A stretch of 64,000 bases of DNA from Eubacteriales bacterium. GTDB taxonomy: Bacteria > Bacillota > Clostridia > Oscillospirales > UMGS1783. The stretch covers positions 2,796 through 66,795 of the forward strand of contig JAZNYQ010000094.1 in the NCBI GenBank assembly GCA_045594545.1. Reading direction: 5' to 3'. The notes beneath the pieces were generated by a model. The model was not told the DNA's origin, made no database searches, and worked only from the letters and a program-made list of their open reading frames with translations. This document shows, one piece after another, positions 47,215 through 56,707 of this stretch. Numbering within the stretch: the stretch's first letter is position 1; every line of letters begins with the position of its first letter. A program made the translations under genes and the position numbers.

Positions 47215-48315
47215 TTATTGCAACCACAACAGGTCATTGGTTGCGGCAACCGATTCCATCCCGTAGACCATCAGAACATCGGTATACCCTTCCTGTGCGG
47301 CAAAATCGGAAACGGCGATGCGGCGGAAATGCCGCAGGTCGATCATATCGATTTGCGCATAATGTTCGGCCAAAAACGGAACCAGGGTTTGGGCAAAGGA
47401 ATCTTTCACCACAAGCAGTTTTCCCTCACCTTGCGGATTGGTCAGCCGTACACGCCCGTGATTGCCATCCAAAAAGACGGTATACATATCCATGGTATGG
47501 AGTGCCTCACGGAAAAATACGCTTGTATATTCCTGCGGCGGGACAGCATCGTCGGCAATCGTAACGGTAATGGGAGTTTTACTATGCCACAGTTCCATGG
47601 TATCGGGCTGAATATGCCACAACCCCGCTTTGGCGTAGGACGTACCGTAAAACCCGTTTACCGTTTCTTTTTCAAAACGCGATGCGGGAAACGGGGTAAA
47701 TCCGAGAACATCCGCGCAATCGAGGTAGGCCTGATAGGCGCCTGCCGTTGTCCAATGGTGGTCGGTTCGATAAAAGTGCTCGACCGAGAGATTGGGCTGA
47801 ATCACTTGTAATTTTTGACTCATATAAGACAAGATCTCCCCATCCCGATAGGGGCTATGGAGCGTGGGCAACCCATTCGGCTCCAGCGAACCGGCCGAGG
47901 GAATAATAAGAACATTCACATTTGTTTTGCTCTTCTTGGCAAATTCGGTAATAGCGGCACAATTGCGATCGATCTGCGCATAGTCAAAAGCAATAGGAGC
48001 GGTATACAGCCTTTGATTCTTACCGACATAGATACCGCTTTGTCCGTTACGACCCGTCAACCACTCGACACCGGCATGAAGACCGACCCATGAGCTTCGA
48101 GCGGGAAAGTGATCGGATAGATAGGTTTCGGCGTTCTTGCCGAAATCACCCGAAAAGAGGGTATCGGATGTAAGGGCGGGCGTTCCCGATAAGGGACGGC
48201 GCTCCAGTTCCGAGATCTCCGCCTTGGGCAGCACGACAAACAGAACGGCAAACACGCCGATAAAGGCAACAAACAGAAGGATAAATGCCCAATTGGTAAA
48301 TCGTTCATTCTTCAT
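47215..48315 (-). CDS. DHHW-family protein (AlgX/AlgJ/DltD-like extracytoplasmic acyltransferase partner), N-terminal membrane anchor
   Basis: N-terminal TM FTNWAFILLFVAFIGVFAVLFVV and the eponymous motif YRTDHHWTTAGAY. Confidence 0.75.
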   Translation of the reverse strand: MKNERFTNWAFILLFVAFIGVFAVLFVVLPKAEISELERRPLSGTPALTSDTLFSGDFGKNAETYLSDHFPARSSWVGLHAGVEWLTGRNGQSGIYVGKNQRLYTAPIAFDYAQIDRNCAAITEFAKKSKTNVNVLIIPSAGSLEPNGLPTLHSPYRDGEILSYMSQKLQVIQPNLSVEHFYRTDHHWTTAGAYQAYLDCADVLGFTPFPASRFEKETVNGFYGTSYAKAGLWHIQPDTMELWHSKTPITVTIADDAVPPQEYTSVFFREALHTMDMYTVFLDGNHGRVRLTNPQGEGKLLVVKDSFAQTLVPFLAEHYAQIDMIDLRHFRRIAVSDFAAQEGYTDVLMVYGMESVAATNDLLWLQ

Positions 48316-48324
48316 GGTGTCACC

Positions 48325-49719
48325 TCAGAATTGATAATACAAAAAAGGATTATAACTTTGACTGACCAAGGCAGCGGTGCACAAGATCAGCCCCAACAGT
48401 ACGCCGATGATCTCAACGGCGAAGCCGAACGGTTTTCCTGACAGTTTGGCATGGATCCGCTTCCCGATAGGAGTAGCCGCCACAATCGCCATGAGCATTA
48501 AGGGCAGGTAGGAAAGTACGGTATATAGGCTCTCCCCTGTTAGCGCATGACTGCCGAAAGCAAACAGGCGGCCGAAGAAGGCGCCCATCTGGGGCATATC
48601 GGTAAAGGAGAAGACGACCCAGCCGAACAACACCAAGACGAAGGTAATGGGCATGGTGACGGCATAAGGCATCTTACTCAATATCTTTCGAAGCACAAAG
48701 CGTTCCAATACCAACAGGACAAAGTAATACAGACCCCACAAAATAAAATTGGTACTGGCGCCATGCCAAAGCCCCGTAACAAACCAGACGATCAGCAAAT
48801 TGCGAATCTGTTTGGCCACGCCTTTGCGGTTACCGCCAAGAGGGATATACAGATAGTCCCGAAACCACGTAGACAATGAAATGTGCCATCTGCGCCAGAA
48901 GTCGGTAATATTGCGGGCAATGTAAGGATAATTGAAGTTTTCCAAAAACTCGAAGCCAAGCATGCGACCAAGACCGATGGCCATATCACTGTAACCCGAA
49001 AAGTCGAAATAGATCTGCATGGCATAGGCCATAATTCCAAACCACGAAGCCAGCCAACCGCTTGTCGCATCAACACGGAGCATATCCCAAAGCAGGCCCA
49101 TCTGATTGGCGATCAATACTTTTTTCGCCAGGCCGACAACAAAGGTTTTGACACCGGCGGCGAACTGTGCCGCGGTTTCTCTGCGCTCGTCCAGCTGATC
49201 CTGCACGTCGCAATACCGCACAATGGGGCCGGCGATCAGTTGCGGGAACAGGGACACATAGGTAGCAAAAGAAACAAAATTCTTTTGTACTTTAGCCTCT
49301 TTACGATAGACATCGATCGTATACGACATACTTTGGAACGTAAAAAAGGAGATGCCTACGGGAAGCGGGATAATGGGGACCATGATACTGCCCAGACCGG
49401 GGATTTGTTTGAGTAAAGATGCAATAAAACCCGTATACTTAAAGACTGCTAAGAGACCTAAGCTGGCCACGACGGACAGTACCAGAAACAACTTGGCTTT
49501 GCGGGTATCTTGACGGTATTTATCGATCAGATAGCCGCACAGGAAGTTAATAGCGGTACAAACGCCCATCAGCAGAATGTATACGGGTTCTCCCCATCCG
49601 TAGAATATGATATTGGCAACCAATAAAAAGGCGTTACGAAAACGACGGGGCACCAGATAATAGATTCCCAGCACGAGAGGAAGATATGCAAATAAGAAAA
49701 TTAAGCTGGAGAATACCAA
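48325..49719 (-). CDS. MBOAT-family membrane-bound O-acyltransferase (AlgI/DltB/PatA-like)
   Basis: Polytopic, with the conserved block DFWRRWHISLSTWFRDYLYIPLGGN...WHG. The start is TTG at 49719, 8 nt after AAAGGAGG. Confidence 0.88.
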   Translation of the reverse strand: MVFSSLIFLFAYLPLVLGIYYLVPRRFRNAFLLVANIIFYGWGEPVYILLMGVCTAINFLCGYLIDKYRQDTRKAKLFLVLSVVASLGLLAVFKYTGFIASLLKQIPGLGSIMVPIIPLPVGISFFTFQSMSYTIDVYRKEAKVQKNFVSFATYVSLFPQLIAGPIVRYCDVQDQLDERRETAAQFAAGVKTFVVGLAKKVLIANQMGLLWDMLRVDATSGWLASWFGIMAYAMQIYFDFSGYSDMAIGLGRMLGFEFLENFNYPYIARNITDFWRRWHISLSTWFRDYLYIPLGGNRKGVAKQIRNLLIVWFVTGLWHGASTNFILWGLYYFVLLVLERFVLRKILSKMPYAVTMPITFVLVLFGWVVFSFTDMPQMGAFFGRLFAFGSHALTGESLYTVLSYLPLMLMAIVAATPIGKRIHAKLSGKPFGFAVEIIGVLLGLILCTAALVSQSYNPFLYYQF

Positions 49720-49737
49720 TCATCCGGCCTCCTTTTA

Positions 49738-50193
49738 TTATTTTCCGACGATCTGTGCGATGAGGGTTTTGGCCTGTGCCGGATCGTTGCAGACGCAGAG
49801 GAAGATATAGTTTCCGTGCACTTCACGCACGGCGTTTTTCAGTTTAGGAACCTCCTGCGGGCCGTAATCGGAATAACCGTCGATCATATAGTCCATATGG
49901 GCATCGATGGCTTGCCGGACCGCATCGGTCTTCCCCTCCTGAACTTCAATTACAAAAAGTTCTTCGGCGGTAGCGCCGGTCGATACATACCCGGCCGCCT
50001 GCACCACATCTTCCTGCGCAAGGGCCAAGAAGCGGCAGCATCCGGCGGTATCGATATCGCTCATAATATCCACAAAAGTCACGCCGCCGCGAAGCAGGGC
50101 AGCCGAAGCGGTTACATCCACCTCGATCACGGTGGGGGCGCAGGATGCCAACAGTAACACCGAAAGCAAAATTACCGAAATGATACGTTTCAT
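49738..50193 (-). CDS. DUF4358-like lipoprotein
   Basis: Lipobox LLLASCAP after MKRIISVILLSV. The C-terminal pattern ATAEELFVIEV...YGPQEVPKLKNAV...GNYIFLCV resembles DUF4358. Its ATGA overlaps the upstream gene. Confidence 0.6.
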   Translation of the reverse strand: MKRIISVILLSVLLLASCAPTVIEVDVTASAALLRGGVTFVDIMSDIDTAGCCRFLALAQEDVVQAAGYVSTGATAEELFVIEVQEGKTDAVRQAIDAHMDYMIDGYSDYGPQEVPKLKNAVREVHGNYIFLCVCNDPAQAKTLIAQIVGK

Positions 50194-50960
50194 TTTACAT
50201 GCTCCTTCAAATAATTGATCCATACTTGATTATAGGCTTTAGACAGGTGGATCCCGTCGCTCGAAGCGTCGTCAGGTAAAAACCCTTCGGCATCGGCCAG
50301 CGCTTCATAGGTATTGATAAAGTGGACCTGTTTTTGAGCGGTCAGATCCAAGATCAACTGATTAAACATACGGATATTATCATTATTGACCAGATATACA
50401 TTGCGCTCATGTGCTGCGCGGGAGACAGGCAAAATGGCCTGCACGTAGATCTGTGCCGATGGCTGAGATGCTTGAATGTGATCGATCAACTGCCCGTATT
50501 TTTCAATAAACAGAGCCGGATCGGTGCCCACCTCATTGATCCCGAACAGGATAAAAATACGGGTGTACTGCCGACCGTCGGCCAGAAGATCGGTCACGGT
50601 GCGATCCAACCGTGCCGGAGGCTCGGTAAAGGCCGAGTGGACGGTGAGCCCGACGCCCGACAGAAAATCTGCCTGCATACCATAGCCTTGGACGAACAGA
50701 CGCTCCACGCAACTGTTGCCGATAAAGGCGCTGCCGGTGAACAGTTCTTCATCGGTAAGCGGAGGGTCGATCGGAGAATGGACCGCGGGCGGTTCCGTAC
50801 TTTCCGATGAAGAGGATATCTGAGATGAGGGCTGGCTTACGGGGGGCGGTGTGGGCCTGAGCGTTAGCGAAAGGATGATCGCGGCGGCAAACAAGAGCAG
50901 GCCGAGTGCACCGATCAGCGGGAGAATTTTATTTAATTTTTTTGCGGTTTCTCCCGACAC
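50190..50960 (-). CDS. membrane-anchored SGNH/GDSL-like hydrolase or acyltransferase
   Basis: N-terminal TM LPLIGALGLLLFAAAIILSL, a Pro/Ser linker, block I-like FIGNSCVE, FGINE, and block V DGIHLS. The start is GTG at 50960, after GAGAGGGAAG. Confidence 0.7.
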   Translation of the reverse strand: MSGETAKKLNKILPLIGALGLLLFAAAIILSLTLRPTPPPVSQPSSQISSSSESTEPPAVHSPIDPPLTDEELFTGSAFIGNSCVERLFVQGYGMQADFLSGVGLTVHSAFTEPPARLDRTVTDLLADGRQYTRIFILFGINEVGTDPALFIEKYGQLIDHIQASQPSAQIYVQAILPVSRAAHERNVYLVNNDNIRMFNQLILDLTAQKQVHFINTYEALADAEGFLPDDASSDGIHLSKAYNQVWINYLKEHVK

Positions 50961-50997
50961 GTGTCTTCCCTCTCAATCGTAATGTCATACATTAAAT

Positions 50998-51026
50998 ATA
51001 ATAACATATTTTTTCATGTTTCACAA
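50998..51026 (-). promoter_or_regulatory. promoter of the SGNH-DUF4358-MBOAT-DHHW cluster
   Basis: On the minus strand: TTGTGA (51026-51021), 17 nt, TATTAT (51003-50998). Confidence 0.45.
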
Positions 51027-51139
51027 TGACTAATTTCTGTATTTTTTACCTTTTTTTCATAAAGAAATATCTTTTTGTACTTTATTCACGGTAATTTTTA
51101 TGTTACAATGGGGAACATGCGTAAAGGAGGTGGAGATAC

Positions 51140-51847
51140 GTGCCGTTATTGGGTGCGCTCGTGAATGCGGGGGCCGTCATTTTAGGCGGATTGATTGGCT
51201 TATTGATTCGACGGATAGGGCGAAACAACCGCATATCCGGATCGGGGCGGTTTCAGGATATCGTCATGAAAGGTGTCGGGTTATGTGTAGCCTATATTGG
51301 AATCAGCGGGCTTACGAAAGGACAAAACGTACTGATTGTCATTATATCGGTCGTGATTGGCGGGTTATTGGGTGAATTATGTCGGTTAGAAGACGGCATA
51401 AACAAGATCGGTCAATGTATTGAGCGGCGTTTTGGCGCCAAGGATACTACCGTATCGGTGACACAGGGGTTTGTGACGGCCAGCTTATTATTTTGTGTCG
51501 GGGCGATGACCATTGTAGGGGCGCTTAACAGCGGGATTCAAGGGGATCACACCATGCAATACACCAAGGCTTTACTGGACGGGATCAGTGCCATTATTTT
51601 CGCCAGTTCCTTAGGATACGGTGTTTTGTTTTCCGCAGGGGCTGTTTTTATCATTCAAGGCGGAATTACTCTCTTAGCCGGAGTAATTGCTCCTTATCTG
51701 AGTGAAGCGGTCATTGCGGAGATGACCTGTGTTGGGTCATTGCTAATTTTGGGGTTGTCCCTGAATCTTCTTGGTATTACCAAACTGAAAGTGATGAATT
51801 ATGTACCGGCCATATTTTTACCCATAGTATTGTGTCGGTTTATGTAA
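51140..51847 (+). CDS. DUF554 (YdfK/YqgA-like) membrane protein
   Basis: LGALVNAGAVILGGLIG...GFVTASLLFCVGAMTIVGALNSGIQGDH...LDGISAIIFASSLGYGV. The start is GTG, after AAAGGAGGTGGAG. Confidence 0.8.
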   Translation: MPLLGALVNAGAVILGGLIGLLIRRIGRNNRISGSGRFQDIVMKGVGLCVAYIGISGLTKGQNVLIVIISVVIGGLLGELCRLEDGINKIGQCIERRFGAKDTTVSVTQGFVTASLLFCVGAMTIVGALNSGIQGDHTMQYTKALLDGISAIIFASSLGYGVLFSAGAVFIIQGGITLLAGVIAPYLSEAVIAEMTCVGSLLILGLSLNLLGITKLKVMNYVPAIFLPIVLCRFM

Positions 51848-51862
51848 GGGAGCATACAAGTC

Positions 51863-53017
51863 ATGTTAGAACGGTACCGCTCGAGCGGTTTTGCATTATT
51901 CGTTTATTATTTCTTCATGTATGTGGCGATGGCGCCCTTTACCGCCTTTTTATCCACCTACTACAATGAGATCGGACTTTCGGCTTCGCAGATCGGTGTT
52001 CTATCGGGAATCGGGCCGATCGTCGTCATATTCGGACAATTTGTCTGGGGGCGTATGGCCGATCGGGCCAAACAAAAAAATACGGTTTTACTGGTAGCCA
52101 CTCTATTGACGGGGATTACGGTGTATGCGTTTTCCTTAAATCCGAGTTTTTTGTATCTCTTAATGATCAATATTTTCTACAATTTTACCAACTGTTCCAT
52201 TATTCAGTTGAGTGATTCGATTGCACTGGAATACGCATCGGGGCACAATTTGCGATTCTCCATCATTCGGATGGGTGGATCGATCGGGTTTTCCTGTTGC
52301 ACGCTGGCGGTTGGTTTTTTGCTGACGGGAGATGCGGGGAAAATGTTTGCCATCAATGCCGTATTTCTTCTTATCAGCGCCATTGCCCTGTTATTCATGC
52401 CCAAAGTGAGCGGAGCACGCAGAGATCGGCAGAAAGCCAATTATCGGGACTTGTTTGCTGACAAGAAGTTAGTTGTTTTGCTCTGTTTTAATTTTGTTAT
52501 CTATCTCGGGTATTTCTACAACATGGCATTCTTCCCGGTTTTGATGGCACAACACGGCGCAACGAGTATGCACATCGGGATTGCGCAGATGGTATCGGCC
52601 ATGTGTGAACTTCCTTTTTTACTACTGAGCCAGAAGATCATCAATCGGATCGGGTTACGGATGACCCTGATTTTATCCTCCTGTGCCTTTGCCATGCGCT
52701 GGTTATTCTGCGGAACCCTTACCGAGGTCTGGCCGCTGGTGCTGATCTGCTCCCTGCATGGACTGGGGCATATCACCGTAAGTTTTTGCACCAGTTCTTA
52801 TATCAACAAAACGGTGGCACAATCGCTTCGGGCGTCGGGACAGACGTTATTGGGGATGGTGGATTACGGATTTTCCAAATGCGTGGCCTCGCTGGTTGGC
52901 GGGTTCTTAGCCGATATTTGGGGGGTAAGTACCGTTTACCTGTGTCTTGGTGGGTCTTCCCTGTTGGCCTTATTGATTTTAGTTTTATTTCTGCCGAAAT
53001 TAAAGATTCGCATATAA
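51863..53017 (+). CDS. MFS transporter
   Basis: 12 predicted hydrophobic segments and a GRMADRAKQKN loop 2-3 motif. Confidence 0.8.
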   Translation: MLERYRSSGFALFVYYFFMYVAMAPFTAFLSTYYNEIGLSASQIGVLSGIGPIVVIFGQFVWGRMADRAKQKNTVLLVATLLTGITVYAFSLNPSFLYLLMINIFYNFTNCSIIQLSDSIALEYASGHNLRFSIIRMGGSIGFSCCTLAVGFLLTGDAGKMFAINAVFLLISAIALLFMPKVSGARRDRQKANYRDLFADKKLVVLLCFNFVIYLGYFYNMAFFPVLMAQHGATSMHIGIAQMVSAMCELPFLLLSQKIINRIGLRMTLILSSCAFAMRWLFCGTLTEVWPLVLICSLHGLGHITVSFCTSSYINKTVAQSLRASGQTLLGMVDYGFSKCVASLVGGFLADIWGVSTVYLCLGGSSLLALLILVLFLPKLKIRI

Positions 53018-53046
53018 AAATAGAGAGCCGAGGCTCTCTATTTTTT
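53016..53046. terminator. bidirectional terminator between the convergent MFS and mazF genes
   Basis: TAGAGAGCC (53021-53029) pairs with GGCTCTCTA (53032-53040), flanked by AAAAA and TTTTTT. Confidence 0.7.
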
Positions 53047-53404
53047 ATGCCAGTTCCGATAAACCGAAACTGATATTGATTGCGGTATTGATGCGTTGCA
53101 TGGTCACTTCGTCCACATGACCGATCCGATCTTTTAATCGGCGCTTATCCAAGGTGCGGATCTGCTCAAGCAGTACGACCGAATCCCGTGACAGACCGTA
53201 GCGTTCGCACGCCAGTTCGATATGAGTCGGCATTTTGCTTTTTCCGGTCTGGCTGGTGATGGCTGCGGCAATGACGGTGGGGGAAAATTTATTTCCCACA
53301 TCGTTTTGCACAATCAGCACCGGTCGCACCCCGCCCTGCTCCGATCCGATGACCGGCGAAAGGTCCGCATAATAAATATCTCCACGTTTTACTGTCAATG
53401 TCAT
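53045..53404 (-). CDS. mazF: MazF/PemK-family endoribonuclease toxin (EndoA-like)
   Basis: VKRGDIYYADLSPVIGSEQGGVRPVLIVQNDVGNKFSPTVIAAAITSQ closely follows the B. subtilis EndoA (NdoA) pattern. The RBS is GGAGAG. Confidence 0.9.
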   Translation of the reverse strand: MTLTVKRGDIYYADLSPVIGSEQGGVRPVLIVQNDVGNKFSPTVIAAAITSQTGKSKMPTHIELACERYGLSRDSVVLLEQIRTLDKRRLKDRIGHVDEVTMQRINTAINISFGLSELA

Positions 53405-53526
53405 TCACTCTCCGATATCGCTTATGAGTATATATTGCCCGCTTTGAGCGAAAAACTTACACCAAAGAAAAATTTTTTACTCACTATTACGATATTACGG
53501 AAAGTCATTCTTTGTTTTTTCAGTTA

Positions 53527-54678
53527 TTATTCAGTCATTCTCGAGTGCACTTCCCATATTTTTCCGTCACGGATATATACACGGGGCACCCGAACGCTGA
53601 TGGCGCACATCAGTTCATAGTTAATGGTATCGCACATCTCGGCCAGTTGTGTCATGCTCGGCCCATCGCCACCCATAACGGTAACCTCTTGCCCTTGTAC
53701 TACTTGAGGACAGTTTGAGATATCGACCATCATCTGATCCATACACACCCGACCGACGATCGGGCAACAGCAACCATTGATACTGACCCAGCCTTTTCCC
53801 GATAGTGCGCGGCGATACCCGTCGGCATACCCAACCGAGATCACAGCAATGGGAATATCACGGTCGGCCGTATAGGTTCTGCCGTAACTGACCGTTTCAT
53901 CCGCACGAAGTACCGAGCAAAAAGCTACGACACTTTTCAGTGTCATGACCGAACGCAAACCGATATCGGGACAGGAACCGTCCGGCTTCTCGCCATAAAG
54001 CATGATTCCCTGCCGAACCATATCAAACCCATAATCGGGATGGTTGAGAATAGCACCCGAATTGGCGCAATGTTTAACCGGAATAGACAGGCCGCCTTTC
54101 TCTACCCTCTCCACAACGGAAGAAAACAAAGTTTGTTGTTGTTTGGTAAAAGCCTGATCGGGCAGATCGGACACGGCAAAATGGGTAAAAATCCCCTCTA
54201 CCTGCAGACCGTCCATCCGGCAGATACGAGCCACATCCGCCGCCGCCTGTTCCACTTCTTCCGTCTTACGCACACACAACCCCAACCGAGCCATACCGGT
54301 ATCCAGTTTGATATGGACTTTAACCGTGGCGTGTTGTTTTTGCGCGGCATGACTTAGACTTTCGGCATAGGCTACGCTCATGACGGTTTGGGTAATGCCA
54401 TGCTCGATCAGTCGGTCAAAGTTTTCGGGCGCGGTATAGCCGAGAATCAGAATATCCGCCTCAATTCCCGCTTGGCGCAATTCCAGCGCTTCGTCCATAC
54501 AAGACACGGCAAACCGATCGGCGCCCGCTTCCACCAAGGTTTTGGCACAGATGCAAGCCCCATGCCCATAGGCATCGGCTTTAATGACCGGCATGACATG
54601 CGGATGAACGGCGTTGGCCAGTTTATAATTGTGGACAAGGGCATCCAGATCAATTTCGGCCCAAGTTCTTTTGTTCAT
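53527..54678 (-). CDS. alr: alanine racemase
   Basis: VIKADAYGHG is the PLP-lysine motif, with VSYGRTY and CMDQMMVD. Confidence 0.93.
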   Translation of the reverse strand: MNKRTWAEIDLDALVHNYKLANAVHPHVMPVIKADAYGHGACICAKTLVEAGADRFAVSCMDEALELRQAGIEADILILGYTAPENFDRLIEHGITQTVMSVAYAESLSHAAQKQHATVKVHIKLDTGMARLGLCVRKTEEVEQAAADVARICRMDGLQVEGIFTHFAVSDLPDQAFTKQQQTLFSSVVERVEKGGLSIPVKHCANSGAILNHPDYGFDMVRQGIMLYGEKPDGSCPDIGLRSVMTLKSVVAFCSVLRADETVSYGRTYTADRDIPIAVISVGYADGYRRALSGKGWVSINGCCCPIVGRVCMDQMMVDISNCPQVVQGQEVTVMGGDGPSMTQLAEMCDTINYELMCAISVRVPRVYIRDGKIWEVHSRMTE

Positions 54679-54689
54679 ATTTTTACCTC

Positions 54690-55187
54690 TTATGTGTATT
54701 TGAAATCGGTAAATTCCAACAGAAAATCGTCCCCGACGGAGATTTGCAAAGGAACCCCCTCTTTGGGATCAAAGCGGCAGGTAGCACTCCACTCTCCCGA
54801 TTGATAGGTAAACGTACTGTCGGGCAGATGCTCTCCCTCTTGCTTAGCAATGGCATCGCACAGAGAGAAGACGGGACCGATTACCCGTTCCATCGTATCG
54901 GGCAACTGTTTGGTACTGAAAGATACGTCATGATACCCGATCGTATAGTCATTCTCGGTGAGTGATACGGTAAACCCACTTAGGGCTTGCGGGGTATCCA
55001 GTACCACACGGATCGTTTCCGGATCCTTCTCTACTGTAAAGCCATATTCCTTGTCAAGATAGTGTACCGTGGCATAAGCCGAGAACCCGCCCGACTCACG
55101 CATCTCTTTGGTGACATCGGCCGTTTTGCCCTTTGCGCAACCGCAAAGCAGCAACAAAATTAAGGCCAGTGATGCCAGTTTTTTCAA
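54690..55187 (-). CDS. lipoprotein of unknown function
   Basis: MKKLASLALILLLLCGCAKG is a signal peptide plus lipobox. It occupies the position of the ydcC-like lipoprotein upstream of alr in Bacillus. I do not recognise a family. Confidence 0.7.
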   Translation of the reverse strand: MKKLASLALILLLLCGCAKGKTADVTKEMRESGGFSAYATVHYLDKEYGFTVEKDPETIRVVLDTPQALSGFTVSLTENDYTIGYHDVSFSTKQLPDTMERVIGPVFSLCDAIAKQEGEHLPDSTFTYQSGEWSATCRFDPKEGVPLQISVGDDFLLEFTDFKYT

Positions 55188-55190
55188 ATG

Positions 55191-56705
55191 TTATCCCTCT
55201 TTGATCTGACGGAAGACGGCGGGGAAAAATTTCGGCAACTGCGACGGGAGCAGACAATAGTCGGTCATCTTCTCCGCACCCATAAGCCCGGCTTGCGCAT
55301 GAATATACACGCCGATCACCGCCGCCCAAGGCGCTTCCACGCCCTGCGCCAACAATGCACCGATTATGCCGCTGAGCACATCGCCCGAACCGCCTTTGGC
55401 CAGAGCGGAGCAAGCCGCCGCGTTGAGCCACACCCGACCGTCGGGTGCCGCCACAACGGTATTGGCCCCTTTCAGTACGACGGTGACTTGATGCTCTTGC
55501 GCAAAAGCGGAAGCGATACCGATACGATCGGCCTGTATCTCCTCCACCGTCTTTCCGGTTAGTCTTGCCATTTCCAGAGGATGCGGTGTTACCACCAACT
55601 CCTTATCATGGCCCGCTAATACATCTATATTCCGCGAAAGTGCCGTTATGCCATCAGCATCGACCACCAAGGGACACGCGGCATGGCGAATCAGAGAAAT
55701 GACCCGCCGCTCCTGCCCGACGGCCAGCGACAAACCACAACCGCAAACAATGGCTTTGGCGCGATTGGCGGCCACCAGCAAGGCATGATCGCCATCCGTG
55801 GATGCGGGTAATCGAGTGTAGATCGGTTCGGGATAATAGGACGACACGGCATCAATCACTTCATTCCCTCCTGCCACCTCGACCAAGCCGACACCGGCAC
55901 GCAACGCAGCACCGACACTCAAGACGGCGGCACCTGTCATATCCTCGCTTCCGCAATAGGTAAGCAGACGACCGAAGGTTCCCTTGTGGCTATTGGCCGA
56001 GCGGGCAGGCAAAACCGAGCCAACCAATGCAGGCGTAATTTCCCACATTCTCCCATCGTCCAGCACCCGTTCGGGAATACCGATATCGCAAACCTCGACC
56101 TTGCCGCAATACTCGGCGGCCGGATACAGAAAATGACAGGGCTTCTTGGCCGTAAAGGTCACCGTTAAATCAGCACGAAAGGCCTCGCCCTCCACCGCAC
56201 CGGTATCGCAACTGACACCGCTGGGCAGGTCCGCCGATACACGCATGGCTCCGCTTTGATTGGCCAATTTTGCACAGGTCGCGCCAGCCCCCGAAAGGGA
56301 ACCGCGAAAACCGGTACCGTACATGGCATCGACGATCACGTCGGCTTCCGTAAGCCACCGTTTGCACTCTTCCTCATTTTGATCAAAGAAGCAAATGGGA
56401 ACATCCTGTAATTGTGCTGCATAATAGGCGGCATCTTCGCTCAGTTCCCGATCGTTGATACGGATTATACTGACAAGCATATCCGCTTCACAGGCAAGAG
56501 TCGCCAAGGCAAAGCCATCGCCGGCGTTATTGCCGTTTCCTGCCAAGATGACCATCTTTTTTTGGCATAGATCATCGAAATGAGCCGAGATTTTCTCAAA
56601 GATACCCGAGGCGGCGTGGAACATCAGTTCGGTACCGGGAATACCGAGCACATCAATCGCAAACCGATCGGCCTCATTCATTTGTTTGGCTGTGCAGACA
56701 CGCAT
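55191..56705 (-). CDS. nnr: bifunctional NAD(P)H-hydrate repair enzyme Nnr (epimerase/ADP-dependent dehydratase)
   Basis: YjeF_N part GNGNNAGDG and a C-terminal carbohydrate-kinase part KGGSGDVLSGIIGALLAQG. The start is the ATG at 56705 (MRVCTAKQM), 2 nt after the upstream stop. Confidence 0.88.
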   Translation of the reverse strand: MRVCTAKQMNEADRFAIDVLGIPGTELMFHAASGIFEKISAHFDDLCQKKMVILAGNGNNAGDGFALATLACEADMLVSIIRINDRELSEDAAYYAAQLQDVPICFFDQNEEECKRWLTEADVIVDAMYGTGFRGSLSGAGATCAKLANQSGAMRVSADLPSGVSCDTGAVEGEAFRADLTVTFTAKKPCHFLYPAAEYCGKVEVCDIGIPERVLDDGRMWEITPALVGSVLPARSANSHKGTFGRLLTYCGSEDMTGAAVLSVGAALRAGVGLVEVAGGNEVIDAVSSYYPEPIYTRLPASTDGDHALLVAANRAKAIVCGCGLSLAVGQERRVISLIRHAACPLVVDADGITALSRNIDVLAGHDKELVVTPHPLEMARLTGKTVEEIQADRIGIASAFAQEHQVTVVLKGANTVVAAPDGRVWLNAAACSALAKGGSGDVLSGIIGALLAQGVEAPWAAVIGVYIHAQAGLMGAEKMTDYCLLPSQLPKFFPAVFRQIKEG

Positions 56706-56707
56706 TC

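Noticed and set aside
53422-53508. 28-aa ORF in the alr-mazF gap as the missing MazE antitoxin
   Set aside because: It is too short and has no Shine-Dalgarno sequence. It is hydrophobic and basic rather than RHH- or AbrB-like. I keep it only as something to test under the orphan-toxin finding.
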